From an uncultured Gemmatimonadales bacterium (lineage in GTDB: Bacteria; Gemmatimonadota; Gemmatimonadetes; Gemmatimonadales; GWC2-71-9), in NCBI GenBank assembly GCA_963842945.1, contig CAWJIM010000011.1, positions 1 through 20,233 of the forward strand: a DNA stretch of 20,233 bases, given 5' to 3'. Positions 9,005 through 17,772 of the stretch are shown in pieces. The translations under genes and the position numbers were made by a program. Position 1 is the first letter of the stretch. Every line of letters begins with the position of its first letter. The notes beneath the pieces are model-generated. The model was not told the origin of the DNA. It saw nothing but the letters and a program-made list of their open reading frames with translations, and made no database searches.

Positions 9005-10178
9005 CTAGAAGTTCACGGTCAGCGCGCTGCGCATGCCGCTGATGCTCGGGGTCACGTCGCCCTGGAAGCTCTCGCGCTCGTAGGCCACCCGGAGCTGCGC
9101 CTGGCTCGACATGTAGATCCCCAGCACCGCGGTGATCAGGGTGGCCCGGTCGCTCTCCAGCGCTGGTGTTGGGGTCGGCCAGGTCGAACCGGAACGCCGG
9201 CTCGATGGCATAGAGCCACGAGGTCGGGCTCTTCAAGCGATAGTTGTACGCCGCCAGTCCCTGAATGCCCCGGATCTTGTTCTTGGCCGCGGTGGCATCG
9301 TTGCCGTCGAGGTACTCGCCCAGCACGTACAGCCCCTCGTCGCCCGGCTTACCCCACTGCGCGTCGACTCCCCAGGCGTAGTTGGTGAAGGCGGAGTCCG
9401 GGAGTGGTCGCCGACGGTGACGATGCCATCGTGGGCGAACCAGGAGCCGCCGATGTCGAGCTTGGAGCAGATGCCGGCGGTGGCCGCGGGCCCCGAAGCT
9501 CTTGGTGTTGTTCACGTCGTTGAGGCTTTCGCCCTGCCCGTTGTAGGCCCCGAACTTCAGCGTGACCAGCCGGAGCTCGTCGAGCTTGTACTCGTAGCGG
9601 AGGCTCGCGCCCACGTCGTGGGACAGGAACCCGTTGGCCGCGAACAGGTCGTTGGAGCGCCCGGGCAGCAGACCCTGTCCCGCGCCGCGCTCGATCGACG
9701 GCAGGTTGTTGGATGAGGTCAGCTCGTACCGGCTGTAGGGCCGCTTCTCCTGGCCGGCCCGCAGGTACAGCGCGCCCTTTGCTGGCCTCGGGGCTGAAGC
9801 GCACGTCGATCCAGGCATCCCGCAGCCGGAGGCCGCTCCGGCCGGTGGTGCGGCAGGCGAGCGGAGTGTCCCGCCTGCAGGTCGGTCAGGTACACGTTGG
9901 CGCTCAGGTTCCGTCCGCCCTCGAACGAGGGCTGGATGTAGACCGTGACATTCTCGGAGATCTGGCCCCGGGCCTCGATCCGGGCCCGGCGGGTGAAGAA
10001 GTTGCTCTGCGGTCCGACGGTGGCCGCGTAGTCCTCGTTGTCGAAGTAGTAGAACTGCTCCTGGAGCCGTCCGGTGAGCTTGACGTTGGGGTAGGTCGTC
10101 TGTGCGCTTGCCGAGCCCGAGCCATCCGATCGTCGCGACCACCAGGCCGAGCACTGCGCTCCGCGCCAGCAGGTTCAT
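9005..10178 (-). CDS. Outer-membrane porin, phosphate-selective OprO/OprP-like, multiply frameshifted
   Basis: GAAGGGA RBS and ATG 10178 with a signal peptide. Stitched frames give AQTTYPNVKLTGRLQEQFYY...FFTRRARIEARGQIS...LRLRDAWIDVRF...LRAGQEKRPYSRYELTSS...GAYNGQG...AQLRVAYE...SALTVNF*: alternating beta-strand pattern with C-terminal Phe. First gene of the pst cluster. Confidence 0.8.
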
Positions 10179-10229
10179 AGGTCCCTTCGAGTGAGAGTGA
10201 GGTCAGCGATTCGCGGGGTAAAAAAGCTG

Positions 10230-10280
10230 GTGACAGGTCACGGGGTACCCCCGTTGTTGTAACGACTCGGTAAACCGTTG
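10230..10280 (-). promoter_or_regulatory. PHO-box-like repeats upstream of the porin-pst cluster
   Basis: GTCAC at 10237, GTAAC at 10259 and GTAAA at 10270 (11-bp phase, one unit degenerate). Shares GTCACGGG and TGTAACG with the site upstream of pstC, in the same orientation. GTGACAGGTCAC (10230-10241) is a near palindrome. Confidence 0.6.
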
Positions 10281-10688
10281 CGGATTAAAGCAAACGCTCG
10301 ATTGTGCGGAGAATTAAGGGGTCTGCCACCTAGAGGTCAGGCCCCGTGCCGGACAACCGAAACCCCAGCATCCGGACCCAACCCGCTCGTCCTCCTGCTG
10401 TGCATTCTGGCACCGCCGCTCGGGTTGCTCGCCTGGGTCCTCACCAGTGGGTCCCACCGCCCCGCCTATCTCGGCTCGGGCTGGGTCCGAACCGGCCTGA
10501 CTCTGCTGCTCCTGGGCTCGGCCCCGCTGCTTGCCATCATCCTTGCCGCTGAAATCGGCCTCTGGCCCGATCCCAACCCCAACCCCGTCGGACCGGGGCT
10601 CCTGTTCTTCTTCGCCGGCGCGCTGGCCACCGGCTGCCTGGCCGTCGGAGTGGTGACGGTCTGGCTGAAGCTGCGCCGAGCCTCCTAG
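10278..10688 (+). CDS. Hypothetical membrane protein (about 3 TM segments); start uncertain
   Basis: Hydrophobic segments flanking GLWPDPNPNPVGPGLLFF, with GC-rich third positions from about 10370. TTG 10278 overlaps the PHO-like site, so the true start is probably later (possibly GTG 10346 with an indel). Confidence 0.65.
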   Translation: MRIKANARLCGELRGLPPRGQAPCRTTETPASGPNPLVLLLCILAPPLGLLAWVLTSGSHRPAYLGSGWVRTGLTLLLLGSAPLLAIILAAEIGLWPDPNPNPVGPGLLFFFAGALATGCLAVGVVTVWLKLRRAS

Positions 10689-11177
10689 ATGATTTCACGA
10701 GCCCGGAGACTGGTGGCAGCCCTGGAAATCGCCGGCGGATTCATCGGCATGGGCGTCGCTTCCAGCTCGGCGGCGGCTTCAGGCCTGAGCCTGCTCCAGC
10801 GGCTGATCATCGGTTCCATCGGCATTCCCTTTGCCCTCTGCGCCTACGCCGGCCGGGAGCTGTGGTTCGATCTGCCCCGCGGCTATCCGCTCTCTATTCT
10901 GGTGCAGGCCCTGCAGATACCCGCGTGGTCATCGCCCAGCCTGTTTTACCTCTTCCATTGCGGGGCACAAGTCGGCGTCTGGATCGGCAAGGCCGGGCTG
11001 GCGCCCATGTGGGGACTGGGGAGCCGCTTTACTTTCGTCCTGGTGGAACAGCCTCGGGGCGACGCCCTGGGTCTCAACTTCCTGGCCATTGCCGCGCTGG
11101 CCGTGCTGCTGATCGACCGGGTCGCAGTTCGGAGCGCCGGCATCAGAGCCATCCAGGCGGGGGCAGTCCCAGACTGA
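10689..11177 (+). CDS. Hypothetical membrane protein
   Basis: ATG directly after the previous TAG; several hydrophobic helices; codon bias typical of the region. Confidence 0.65.
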   Translation: MISRARRLVAALEIAGGFIGMGVASSSAAASGLSLLQRLIIGSIGIPFALCAYAGRELWFDLPRGYPLSILVQALQIPAWSSPSLFYLFHCGAQVGVWIGKAGLAPMWGLGSRFTFVLVEQPRGDALGLNFLAIAALAVLLIDRVAVRSAGIRAIQAGAVPD

Positions 11178-11245
11178 AACATCGGCCACCCACCAGTCGT
11201 AGGCGTGGTTGATTGACACTGGTGCCCCGAGCCGGAGGATGCGTC

Positions 11246-11557
11246 ATGACCTTCAAGGCCAAGATTTGGCAGCCGATCGCAGTGGTGCTGAGCGCCGGCA
11301 ACCTGGTTGCGGTGGGCTTTGCCGCGGGCGCTGCGGAGCCGTACCATGCGGCGGTGCACGCTGCCCTGGCGCTCGGATTGGGGCTCTGGGCGCAGCGCCT
11401 GCGGGGGAGGTCGGAGCGGAGAGATGAGCCCGGGGAGCTTCAGGCCGGACTCGACGATCTTCAGTTCGAAGTTAGCAACCTGCGGGCGGATCTGACCGAG
11501 ATGCAGGAGCGACTGGACTTCACCGAACGGGTACTGGCTCAGCCGCGGGAGAAGTGA
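11246..11557 (+). CDS. Small membrane protein with C-terminal coiled coil (ERLDFTER motif)
   Basis: GGAGG RBS at 11234-11238 and ATG 11246. Two hydrophobic segments, then heptad-like LQFEVSNLRADLTEMQERLDFTERVLAQ. Confidence 0.8.
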   Translation: MTFKAKIWQPIAVVLSAGNLVAVGFAAGAAEPYHAAVHAALALGLGLWAQRLRGRSERRDEPGELQAGLDDLQFEVSNLRADLTEMQERLDFTERVLAQPREK

Positions 11558-11605
11558 TAGGAACGCCCGCCGCATACCGTCCACGCTGCCAAACCCTAGG
11601 GTCTA

Positions 11606-13114
11606 TTGAAACAGACCTTGGTTCACCGACCTAGACTCCTCCCCAACGACCCGGGTTACGCCGCAGTCCTCGAGAAGCGCTTCAACAAGCGCTTCAGTGC
11701 GCGCCCTGATTACATCCAGCGGGCCGGCTCGACCGACGAGGTGATCTCGACGGTCCAGGAGGCGGTGAAGGAAGGACGCCGTCTGGTGGTGACCAGCGGC
11801 GGACACTGCCTCGAGGGGTTCGTTTCCGATCCCGACGTGGGGGTGATCCTCGACCTCTCGCCGATGAAGCGGGTGTACTACGACCCGGGCATGGGGGCGG
11901 TGGCGGTCGAGGCCGGTGCAACGGTGGGGCAGACCTTCGAAGCGCTCTACCGGGAGTGGGGAACGGTGGTGCCGCTGGGCGAGTATCCCGCGATCGGCAT
12001 GGGCGGCCACGTCGCCGGGGGCGCATTTGGTTTTCTCTGCCGGCAGCTCGGCCTGGCGGCTGACTACCTGTACGCCGTGGAGGCGGTAACGGTCGACCTG
12101 CACGGACTGGCCGGCAGCGTCGTTGCCACCCGCGAAGAATCGGACCCCAATCGCGAGCTGTGGTGGGCCCACACCGGTGGCGGCGGCGGCAACTTCGGTG
12201 TGGTGACGCGCTACTGGTTCCGCTCGCTCGACGCCGGCGGTGAGAATCCCCAGACTCTGTTGCCCCGCGCGCCAGACAAAGTCACCACCTTCAAGGCCGA
12301 ATGGAGCTGGCGCGACGTGGACCGCCCCAGCTTTCTCCGCCTCCTGCAGAACCACGGGACCTGGTGCGAGCGCAACAGCGACTCCGGCTCTCCCAACGCG
12401 TCGCTCTGGACCTTGTTCGAGATCCATCGCAGGCAGTTCGGCAAGATCATCTACCGTGGCGTGAGCACCGACTCCGACGCCGAACGCCAGTGGCGCGAGC
12501 ATCTGGCAGCAATAAGCGACGGAGTAGACGGACCGGGGAGTCAGGACACCGCAGCCATGTCCTGGCTCGCCTTTGCGCTGAACCCGATTCCCGAGCTCTT
12601 TACCATGCCGCCGGGCGGGGCGAGTGTGAAGGTAACCGACGCCTTGCTCCGGAAGCGGCTCACCGACCTACAGATCGAGACCGCCTACGATTTTCTGACC
12701 CGCGGTGACTTCGATGCTATGGGCGGCATGCTGGGCATGGCCACCTACGGCGGACAGATCAACACCATGGCATCCGACGCCACCGCGTCGGCCCAGCGCG
12801 GGTCGATTCTGGATCTGGCCTGCAGCACCGGTTGGCTGGACCCGAGGGAAGAGGAGCAGAATCTGAGATGGGCGAGGGCGTTCTACCGGGAGCTGTTCGC
12901 CGAGACGGGCGGCGTGCCGGTTCCGGGAGACCGCTACGATGGAGCGTTCATCAATCACCCCGACAGTGATCTGGCCGATCCGGCGCTCAATACGTCGGGC
13001 GTCCCCTGGTCCACTCTATACTACAAAGAGAACTACCCTCGGCTCCAGGCGGTGAAGGCGCGGTATGATCCGGGGAACGTGTTCCGCCATGCGCTGTCGG
13101 TGGAGGTGCCATGA
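11606..13114 (+). CDS. FAD-linked oxidase, VAO/PCMH superfamily with BBE domain (AknOx/TamL/Dbv29-like)
   Basis: SGGHCLEGF (flavinylated His), LWWAHTGGGGGNFGVVT, C-terminal GAFINHPD and YYKENYPRLQAVKARYDPGNVF. No signal peptide; TTG start uncertain. Confidence 0.9.
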   Translation: MKQTLVHRPRLLPNDPGYAAVLEKRFNKRFSARPDYIQRAGSTDEVISTVQEAVKEGRRLVVTSGGHCLEGFVSDPDVGVILDLSPMKRVYYDPGMGAVAVEAGATVGQTFEALYREWGTVVPLGEYPAIGMGGHVAGGAFGFLCRQLGLAADYLYAVEAVTVDLHGLAGSVVATREESDPNRELWWAHTGGGGGNFGVVTRYWFRSLDAGGENPQTLLPRAPDKVTTFKAEWSWRDVDRPSFLRLLQNHGTWCERNSDSGSPNASLWTLFEIHRRQFGKIIYRGVSTDSDAERQWREHLAAISDGVDGPGSQDTAAMSWLAFALNPIPELFTMPPGGASVKVTDALLRKRLTDLQIETAYDFLTRGDFDAMGGMLGMATYGGQINTMASDATASAQRGSILDLACSTGWLDPREEEQNLRWARAFYRELFAETGGVPVPGDRYDGAFINHPDSDLADPALNTSGVPWSTLYYKENYPRLQAVKARYDPGNVFRHALSVEVP

Positions 13115-13608
13115 TACCCGCGGCAAACCATCCTCTTCGCGTGCTGATCCTCTGCACTGGCAATTCGGCGCGGAGCCAGATGGCCGAGGCGGTGTTGAAC
13201 CGGAAGGGGGCGGGGCGTTTCATCGCCGAGAGCGCCGGGTCGCAACCAGCCGGGCGAGTGAATCCCTACGCGATTGAGGTGCTGCGGGAGGCGGGCATAG
13301 ACTGGGCGGGCCGCACGCCCCGGGGAATCGACGATCTCGATGTCCGGGACTGGGACATCGTGATCACGGTGTGCGACAATGCCCGGGAGGCATGTCCGAT
13401 CTTTCCCGGTCAACCGGTAGTGGCCCACTGGGGAATGGAAGACCCGGCTGGTGTCCAGGGTGACGAAGCAACCAGGCAACGGGCATTTAGGGAGACGTTG
13501 CAGCTCATCAGCCGGCGGATCGATATGATGCTTGCACTGCCGGTCGAGAAGTTGCCGCAGCAGGCCCTGCAGGAGCGGCTCAGAGCGATTGGTGAGGATG
13601 CGGGATAA
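13111..13608 (+). CDS. arsC: Arsenate reductase ArsC (thioredoxin-coupled, LMW-PTPase fold)
   Basis: P-loop CTGNSARSQMAE, SAGS, ITVCDNAREACP (two redox Cys) and HWGMEDPA. ATGA overlap with the oxidase stop. Confidence 0.85.
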   Translation: MIPAANHPLRVLILCTGNSARSQMAEAVLNRKGAGRFIAESAGSQPAGRVNPYAIEVLREAGIDWAGRTPRGIDDLDVRDWDIVITVCDNAREACPIFPGQPVVAHWGMEDPAGVQGDEATRQRAFRETLQLISRRIDMMLALPVEKLPQQALQERLRAIGEDAG

Positions 13609-13612
13609 CCGG

Positions 13613-14734
13613 CTAGGCCGGGGCGGCAGCTCGCTTCTGTGGCTTCCGTCCCGTGCTGCCCTCGAGCAGCAGCGGTCCGAGCGGAATCCGCCCGCTAGCC
13701 TGCTCCAGCAGCATCGGCCCCGTGAGGCCGACGGCGCCCGCGATCACGAATAGCAGGCTGGTGGGAAGCGGGATGCGGGTCCCGACGGCGGCGAAGGCTG
13801 CGGCTACGAATACCGGGTGGTACAGATAGATCGGGTAGGACGACCCTCCAATCTGTTCCATTACCCGCAGCCGCAGTCGCGGCAGCAGCTGCAGCGCGCT
13901 CAGGCTGGCAGATATGCCGATCATCAGGTTCAGGGCTGACCGATGGGCAACAGGGTCGATCGGGGCGAGCGTTCGCGTCAGGACGATGTAGCTGTGCCAA
14001 CCCTGAGCCGCGATCAGGCACATCAGCGTCACCGCCAGTGCGCGGCGGGTCTGGAGGACATCCCGGTAACGGTGCGCGGCGAGACCAGCCAGGAAGAACG
14101 GCAGGAGGTACGTGGCGTTGTTGAGGCCCAGGATCTCGTACCCCTGGAGCAGACCGCCCCCATAGAGCACCAGGGAGAGCGCGAACACCGGCAGGAATTG
14201 CCGGAAGGTGGATAAGGCACCCACCCACTCCAATGCGATCACCACCACGAACACGAGCAGCAGCGCCTGCACGAACCAGATATGCCAGTAGGGAAAGACA
14301 TAGATGGTCCAGACCTGAGCGGCCGGCGGCACCTTGTGATCGGTCACGGAGTGAAGGACATAGATGACGGTCGAGGCAACGATCAGGGGCACGCCCAGAC
14401 GGCGCAGCTTCTTGCGGGAGAATTCCAGCACCTGATCCGGCTGCAGCGGGCGGTAGGCGTACACCAGTCCAGAGAGGAAGGTGAACAGCGGCATCCGGAT
14501 GTGCACGAACAGATTGGTAAAGTGGCGGTAGACGGAGTCGTCCGGCACGTGCAGCCCTGAAGCCGAGGATGCGCCGACGGCGTGAAAGGCAACCAGCAAG
14601 AGGCAGGCAATGCCGCGCAGGGTCTGCACCCGGGCGGACTCGAGGGGATCGATCCTGGCGGGTTTGGCGGTCCCGGCGTGCGAAAGGCTGGGGGCCTCGG
14701 GCGGAATCCCGGGCGACGCCATCGCGGTCATCAT
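13613..14734 (-). CDS. Acyltransferase family 3 (membrane O-acyltransferase)
   Basis: TLRGIACLLLVAFH, RMPLFTFLSG, KLRRLGVP, WHIWF, SYPIYLYHP; about 10 hydrophobic segments. Confidence 0.88.
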   Translation of the reverse strand: MMTAMASPGIPPEAPSLSHAGTAKPARIDPLESARVQTLRGIACLLLVAFHAVGASSASGLHVPDDSVYRHFTNLFVHIRMPLFTFLSGLVYAYRPLQPDQVLEFSRKKLRRLGVPLIVASTVIYVLHSVTDHKVPPAAQVWTIYVFPYWHIWFVQALLLVFVVVIALEWVGALSTFRQFLPVFALSLVLYGGGLLQGYEILGLNNATYLLPFFLAGLAAHRYRDVLQTRRALAVTLMCLIAAQGWHSYIVLTRTLAPIDPVAHRSALNLMIGISASLSALQLLPRLRLRVMEQIGGSSYPIYLYHPVFVAAAFAAVGTRIPLPTSLLFVIAGAVGLTGPMLLEQASGRIPLGPLLLEGSTGRKPQKRAAAPA

Positions 14735-15097
14735 CGTGCTTGGCTCGGCCTTTCGAGTGCTCTTGCGGCCGCACTCAGATCGCCCGCGCCATGCAAGAAA
14801 TTGCGCGGTTGTCGGGCTACATCTTTCTCAGACGGCGCTGCGGTAGGATAAAAATTATCGCAGGGCGGGCGAGTTTGGCAATTGCTCCCCTCGTGCTTAC
14901 GAGCCCCGTTCCGAGGGGCCCATCGCCAGTTGCTCAAGTCCGAAGCTTGACCGCGTCGGCATCACCATCCATAAGAGATTGCGGCGTCGAACCGGGTCAT
15001 AGTCTCTTTACTGCTACGAGCCAACCTTGACCCGGCGGGCAAAGGGTTGATCGTCGCCGAGAAGCTCGATTCGATGAGCGTGTTGTCTTCCATGGAC

Positions 15098-15994
15098 CTA
15101 TGAATCCAGGAAAGTCGCGGCCTGTTGCACGAAGGAATCGTGGAACTGGAAGAGCGAGCCGTGGCCGGCATCGGGGTACGTCACCAGTATCGCATTGGGC
15201 AGGTGCTCGGCCAGGAAGTAGGAGTTTCTGACCGGGATCATCTTGTCGAAGACCCCGTTCACTACGAGGCACGGCTGGGTGATCCGGCGCAGCTTTGCGA
15301 AACGCTCGCCCTCCACCCGCTCCCACGCACGAAACGCGGCCAACTGGGCCTGCGCGACCTTCGGTCCGGAGAGGGGCTCACGATCCTCGGTGCGTGCCGC
15401 AAGTCGCGTGATGAAGGCCTGGCCCGCCGCCTCACTCGATTCGCTCGACGTAAAGAAGAGCTTCACCAACACCTGGTAGCCGGAGAGGCTGCGGTCATCG
15501 AGGATGCTCCTGAGCTCCGGCTTCTCCAGGTGCATGATGTCCTCACCACCCTCGGGCGCGGTGCCGACCAGCAGCATCTTGCGGATCAGAAAGGGGTGCT
15601 CGAGCGCGACCTGCTGCGCGACCATGCCGCCGAGGGAGAAGCCGAGTAGATCCACGTGGCTAAGGCCGAGCGCGTCGGCGAAGGCCAGGAGGTGCTGGGC
15701 CATCCCGGGGATGGTATCGGGCACCTCTCCGGTGGATCGACCCAGGCCGGCGCTCTCGAACAGGATGACTTCGCGGCCCCGGGCGAGCGCGTCGGTGACT
15801 GCAGGGTCCCAATTGTCCAGGGTACCGGTGAAGTGCTGCAGGAAGAGGAGCGGCGGACCGGCGCCTTCTCCGAACCGGCGGTAGGCGTAGGTCTCGAGCC
15901 GGGTCTCCATGAATTGAGTGGGTGCGGTGATGGCGGTCGCGTCACCGGGCACCGCCGCGCGACCCTGGCGGGGTATGGCCGTGGTCTGTGTCAT
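15098..15994 (-). CDS. Alpha/beta-fold hydrolase
   Basis: AGGAG RBS before ATG 15994. LLFLQHFTG, nucleophile elbow GFSLGG, NGVFDKMIP (acid) and YPDAGHG (His). Confidence 0.9.
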   Translation of the reverse strand: MTQTTAIPRQGRAAVPGDATAITAPTQFMETRLETYAYRRFGEGAGPPLLFLQHFTGTLDNWDPAVTDALARGREVILFESAGLGRSTGEVPDTIPGMAQHLLAFADALGLSHVDLLGFSLGGMVAQQVALEHPFLIRKMLLVGTAPEGGEDIMHLEKPELRSILDDRSLSGYQVLVKLFFTSSESSEAAGQAFITRLAARTEDREPLSGPKVAQAQLAAFRAWERVEGERFAKLRRITQPCLVVNGVFDKMIPVRNSYFLAEHLPNAILVTYPDAGHGSLFQFHDSFVQQAATFLDS

Positions 15995-16080
15995 AGACTC
16001 CTGCGGAACGATGGTGGATGTAGTGTCTTCGCTGCCCCTCCCGTGGCCCATTGATAACGCCGGGAACGTGCGGCCGACAT

Positions 16081-16118
16081 TAGACGAAGGTGCTGGTGTG
16101 GGTTAACGTAGGGACGTG
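16081..16118 (+). promoter_or_regulatory. Putative sigma70-type promoter giving a leaderless kinase transcript
   Basis: TAGACG (16081-16086), N17, TAACGT (16104-16109), N6, GTG (16116). Confidence 0.5.
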
Positions 16119-17772
16119 CCCGCAATGAACCAGCAAGTCACGCTCATGCACGCCGAGGGGCGGGATTCAACCAGCCGGAGCCACGCGCCGGGTTTCCCGC
16201 TCGATCTCCTCCAGCAGTCTGCCGGCCGCCTCCGTATCCTCGCCCTGCTCTACGCGTTCCTCTTCTTCATGGCCGGAATCGTTCCGGCGCTGGTGCTCCC
16301 GGAGGAGCGAGCCCGATTCCTGGCCAGCTTCCTTTTCTGGGGTCCCGGTGTGATCGGGATTGCAGTTGCGTTGCTCGTCGCCGCCGTGATCCGGAGCGAG
16401 CGGTTCTCGCTTCCCACCGCGATGAACGTAGGGCTGGTGTTCGAGATCGCCAGCAGCTATGCCATCGCCGCTGCCGAGTTCGGCGATCCGTGGGTCTCGA
16501 GACCCACAGGGGCTTCCTGGGGCTCTCCTGGGTCGCCGTGTGGGTCCTGCTCTTCACGGTGGTGGTGCCCACCCCGCCGCGCCGGGCGGTGTTGGCCGCG
16601 CTCGCGTCGGTGAGCTCGGTTCCGGTCGTCATCGGTTTCCAGATGGCGTCCGGCGGCACTTCAGTCCAGGTGAACCCGGGCCAGTTCTTCTTCGCGCTCG
16701 TGTTCCCCTACCTGCTCGTAGTGGCCATGGCCTACGTCGGCGCCCGGGTGGTCTATCAGCTGGGCACCGAGGTCAGGCGCGCGCGGGAGCTGGGGAGCTA
16801 CCGGCTGGAGGAGAAGCTGGGTGAAGGCGGGATGGGAGAGGTCTGGCGGGCCCGCCACCGGATGCTGGCCCGGCCCGCAGCCATCAAGCTGATCCGGCCC
16901 GCTGTCGCGGGCGATGGGCGCGCCGGCGTCTCGGCCGAGGCCATGCGCCGGTTCCAGCGCGAAGCCGAGGTGATCGCCCGGCTCCGCTCCCCCCACACGG
17001 TGGAGCTCTTCGATTTCGGGATGGCCGACGACGGCGCCTTCTACTACGTGATGGAGCTGCTGGACGGCCTCGACGCCGACTCACTGCTCCGGCGCTTCGG
17101 ACCAACGCCGCCCGAGCGGGCCATCTACCTGCTGCGGCAGGTCTGCCACTCGCTCTCGGAGGCGCAGTCTGTGGCCTGGTGCATCGGGACATCAAGCCGG
17201 CCAACATCTTTCTCTGCCGCTACGGCGAGGAGTACGACTTCGTGAAGGTGCTGGATTTCGGGATCGTAGGCGCGGTCCGGGACACTCCGGGCGGGAACGT
17301 CACCCGAACCGGGGAGAACGCGGTCCGGGGCACGCCGGCGTTCATTGCTCCCGAGCAGGTGACCGGGGGCCAGGTGGACGGCAGGGCGGATATTTACGCT
17401 ACCGGCTGTCTGGCATACTGGTTCCTGACCGGCGAGCTGGTGTTCACCGCCGACACGCAGATGGGACTGCTGCTGAAGCACGTGCAGACACCACCGGTGC
17501 CTCCATCCGCCCGTACCGACCGGCCCATCCCTCCCGAGCTGGAAGATTTGATCCTGTCCTGTCTCGCCAAGGACCCCGGCCAGCGGCCGCAGTCCGCCAG
17601 AGAACTGTCCTCCCGGCTGGCTCAGCTCGAGGGGGCGAGCGCGTGGACCGAGGATCGGGCGCGGGACTGGTGGTTGACCCACGTGCCGGCCGGGTCCGGT
17701 GGCGCAGCCGCGCTAGGGGAGGCCGCTACTGCGAAACAATCAGTAGCTGGTTCTGCCGATCCGTCATCCTGA
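16116..17772 (+). CDS. Hanks-type Ser/Thr protein kinase with an N-terminal multi-TM domain; two apparent frameshifts (about 16490 and 17170)
   Basis: Three consecutive ORFs join: TM region, then LGEGGMGEVW, AAIKLI, RFQREAE, YVMELLDG, then GLVHRDIKPANI, KVLDFG, GTPAFIAPE, DIYATG, CLAKDPGQRP. Confidence 0.9.

Noticed and set aside
11191..11224. CACCAGT...ACTGGTG inverted repeat as a terminator or riboswitch
   Set aside because: Only a 7-bp stem with a long loop, no U-tract and no recognisable RNA motif.
14791..14810. Possible sigma54 promoter (TTGCA) for the acyltransferase
   Set aside because: The invariant GG at -24 is absent (reads GC).
14962..15171. Small ORF downstream of the alpha/beta hydrolase
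   Set aside because: Short, weak codon bias, no motif; cannot be supported.
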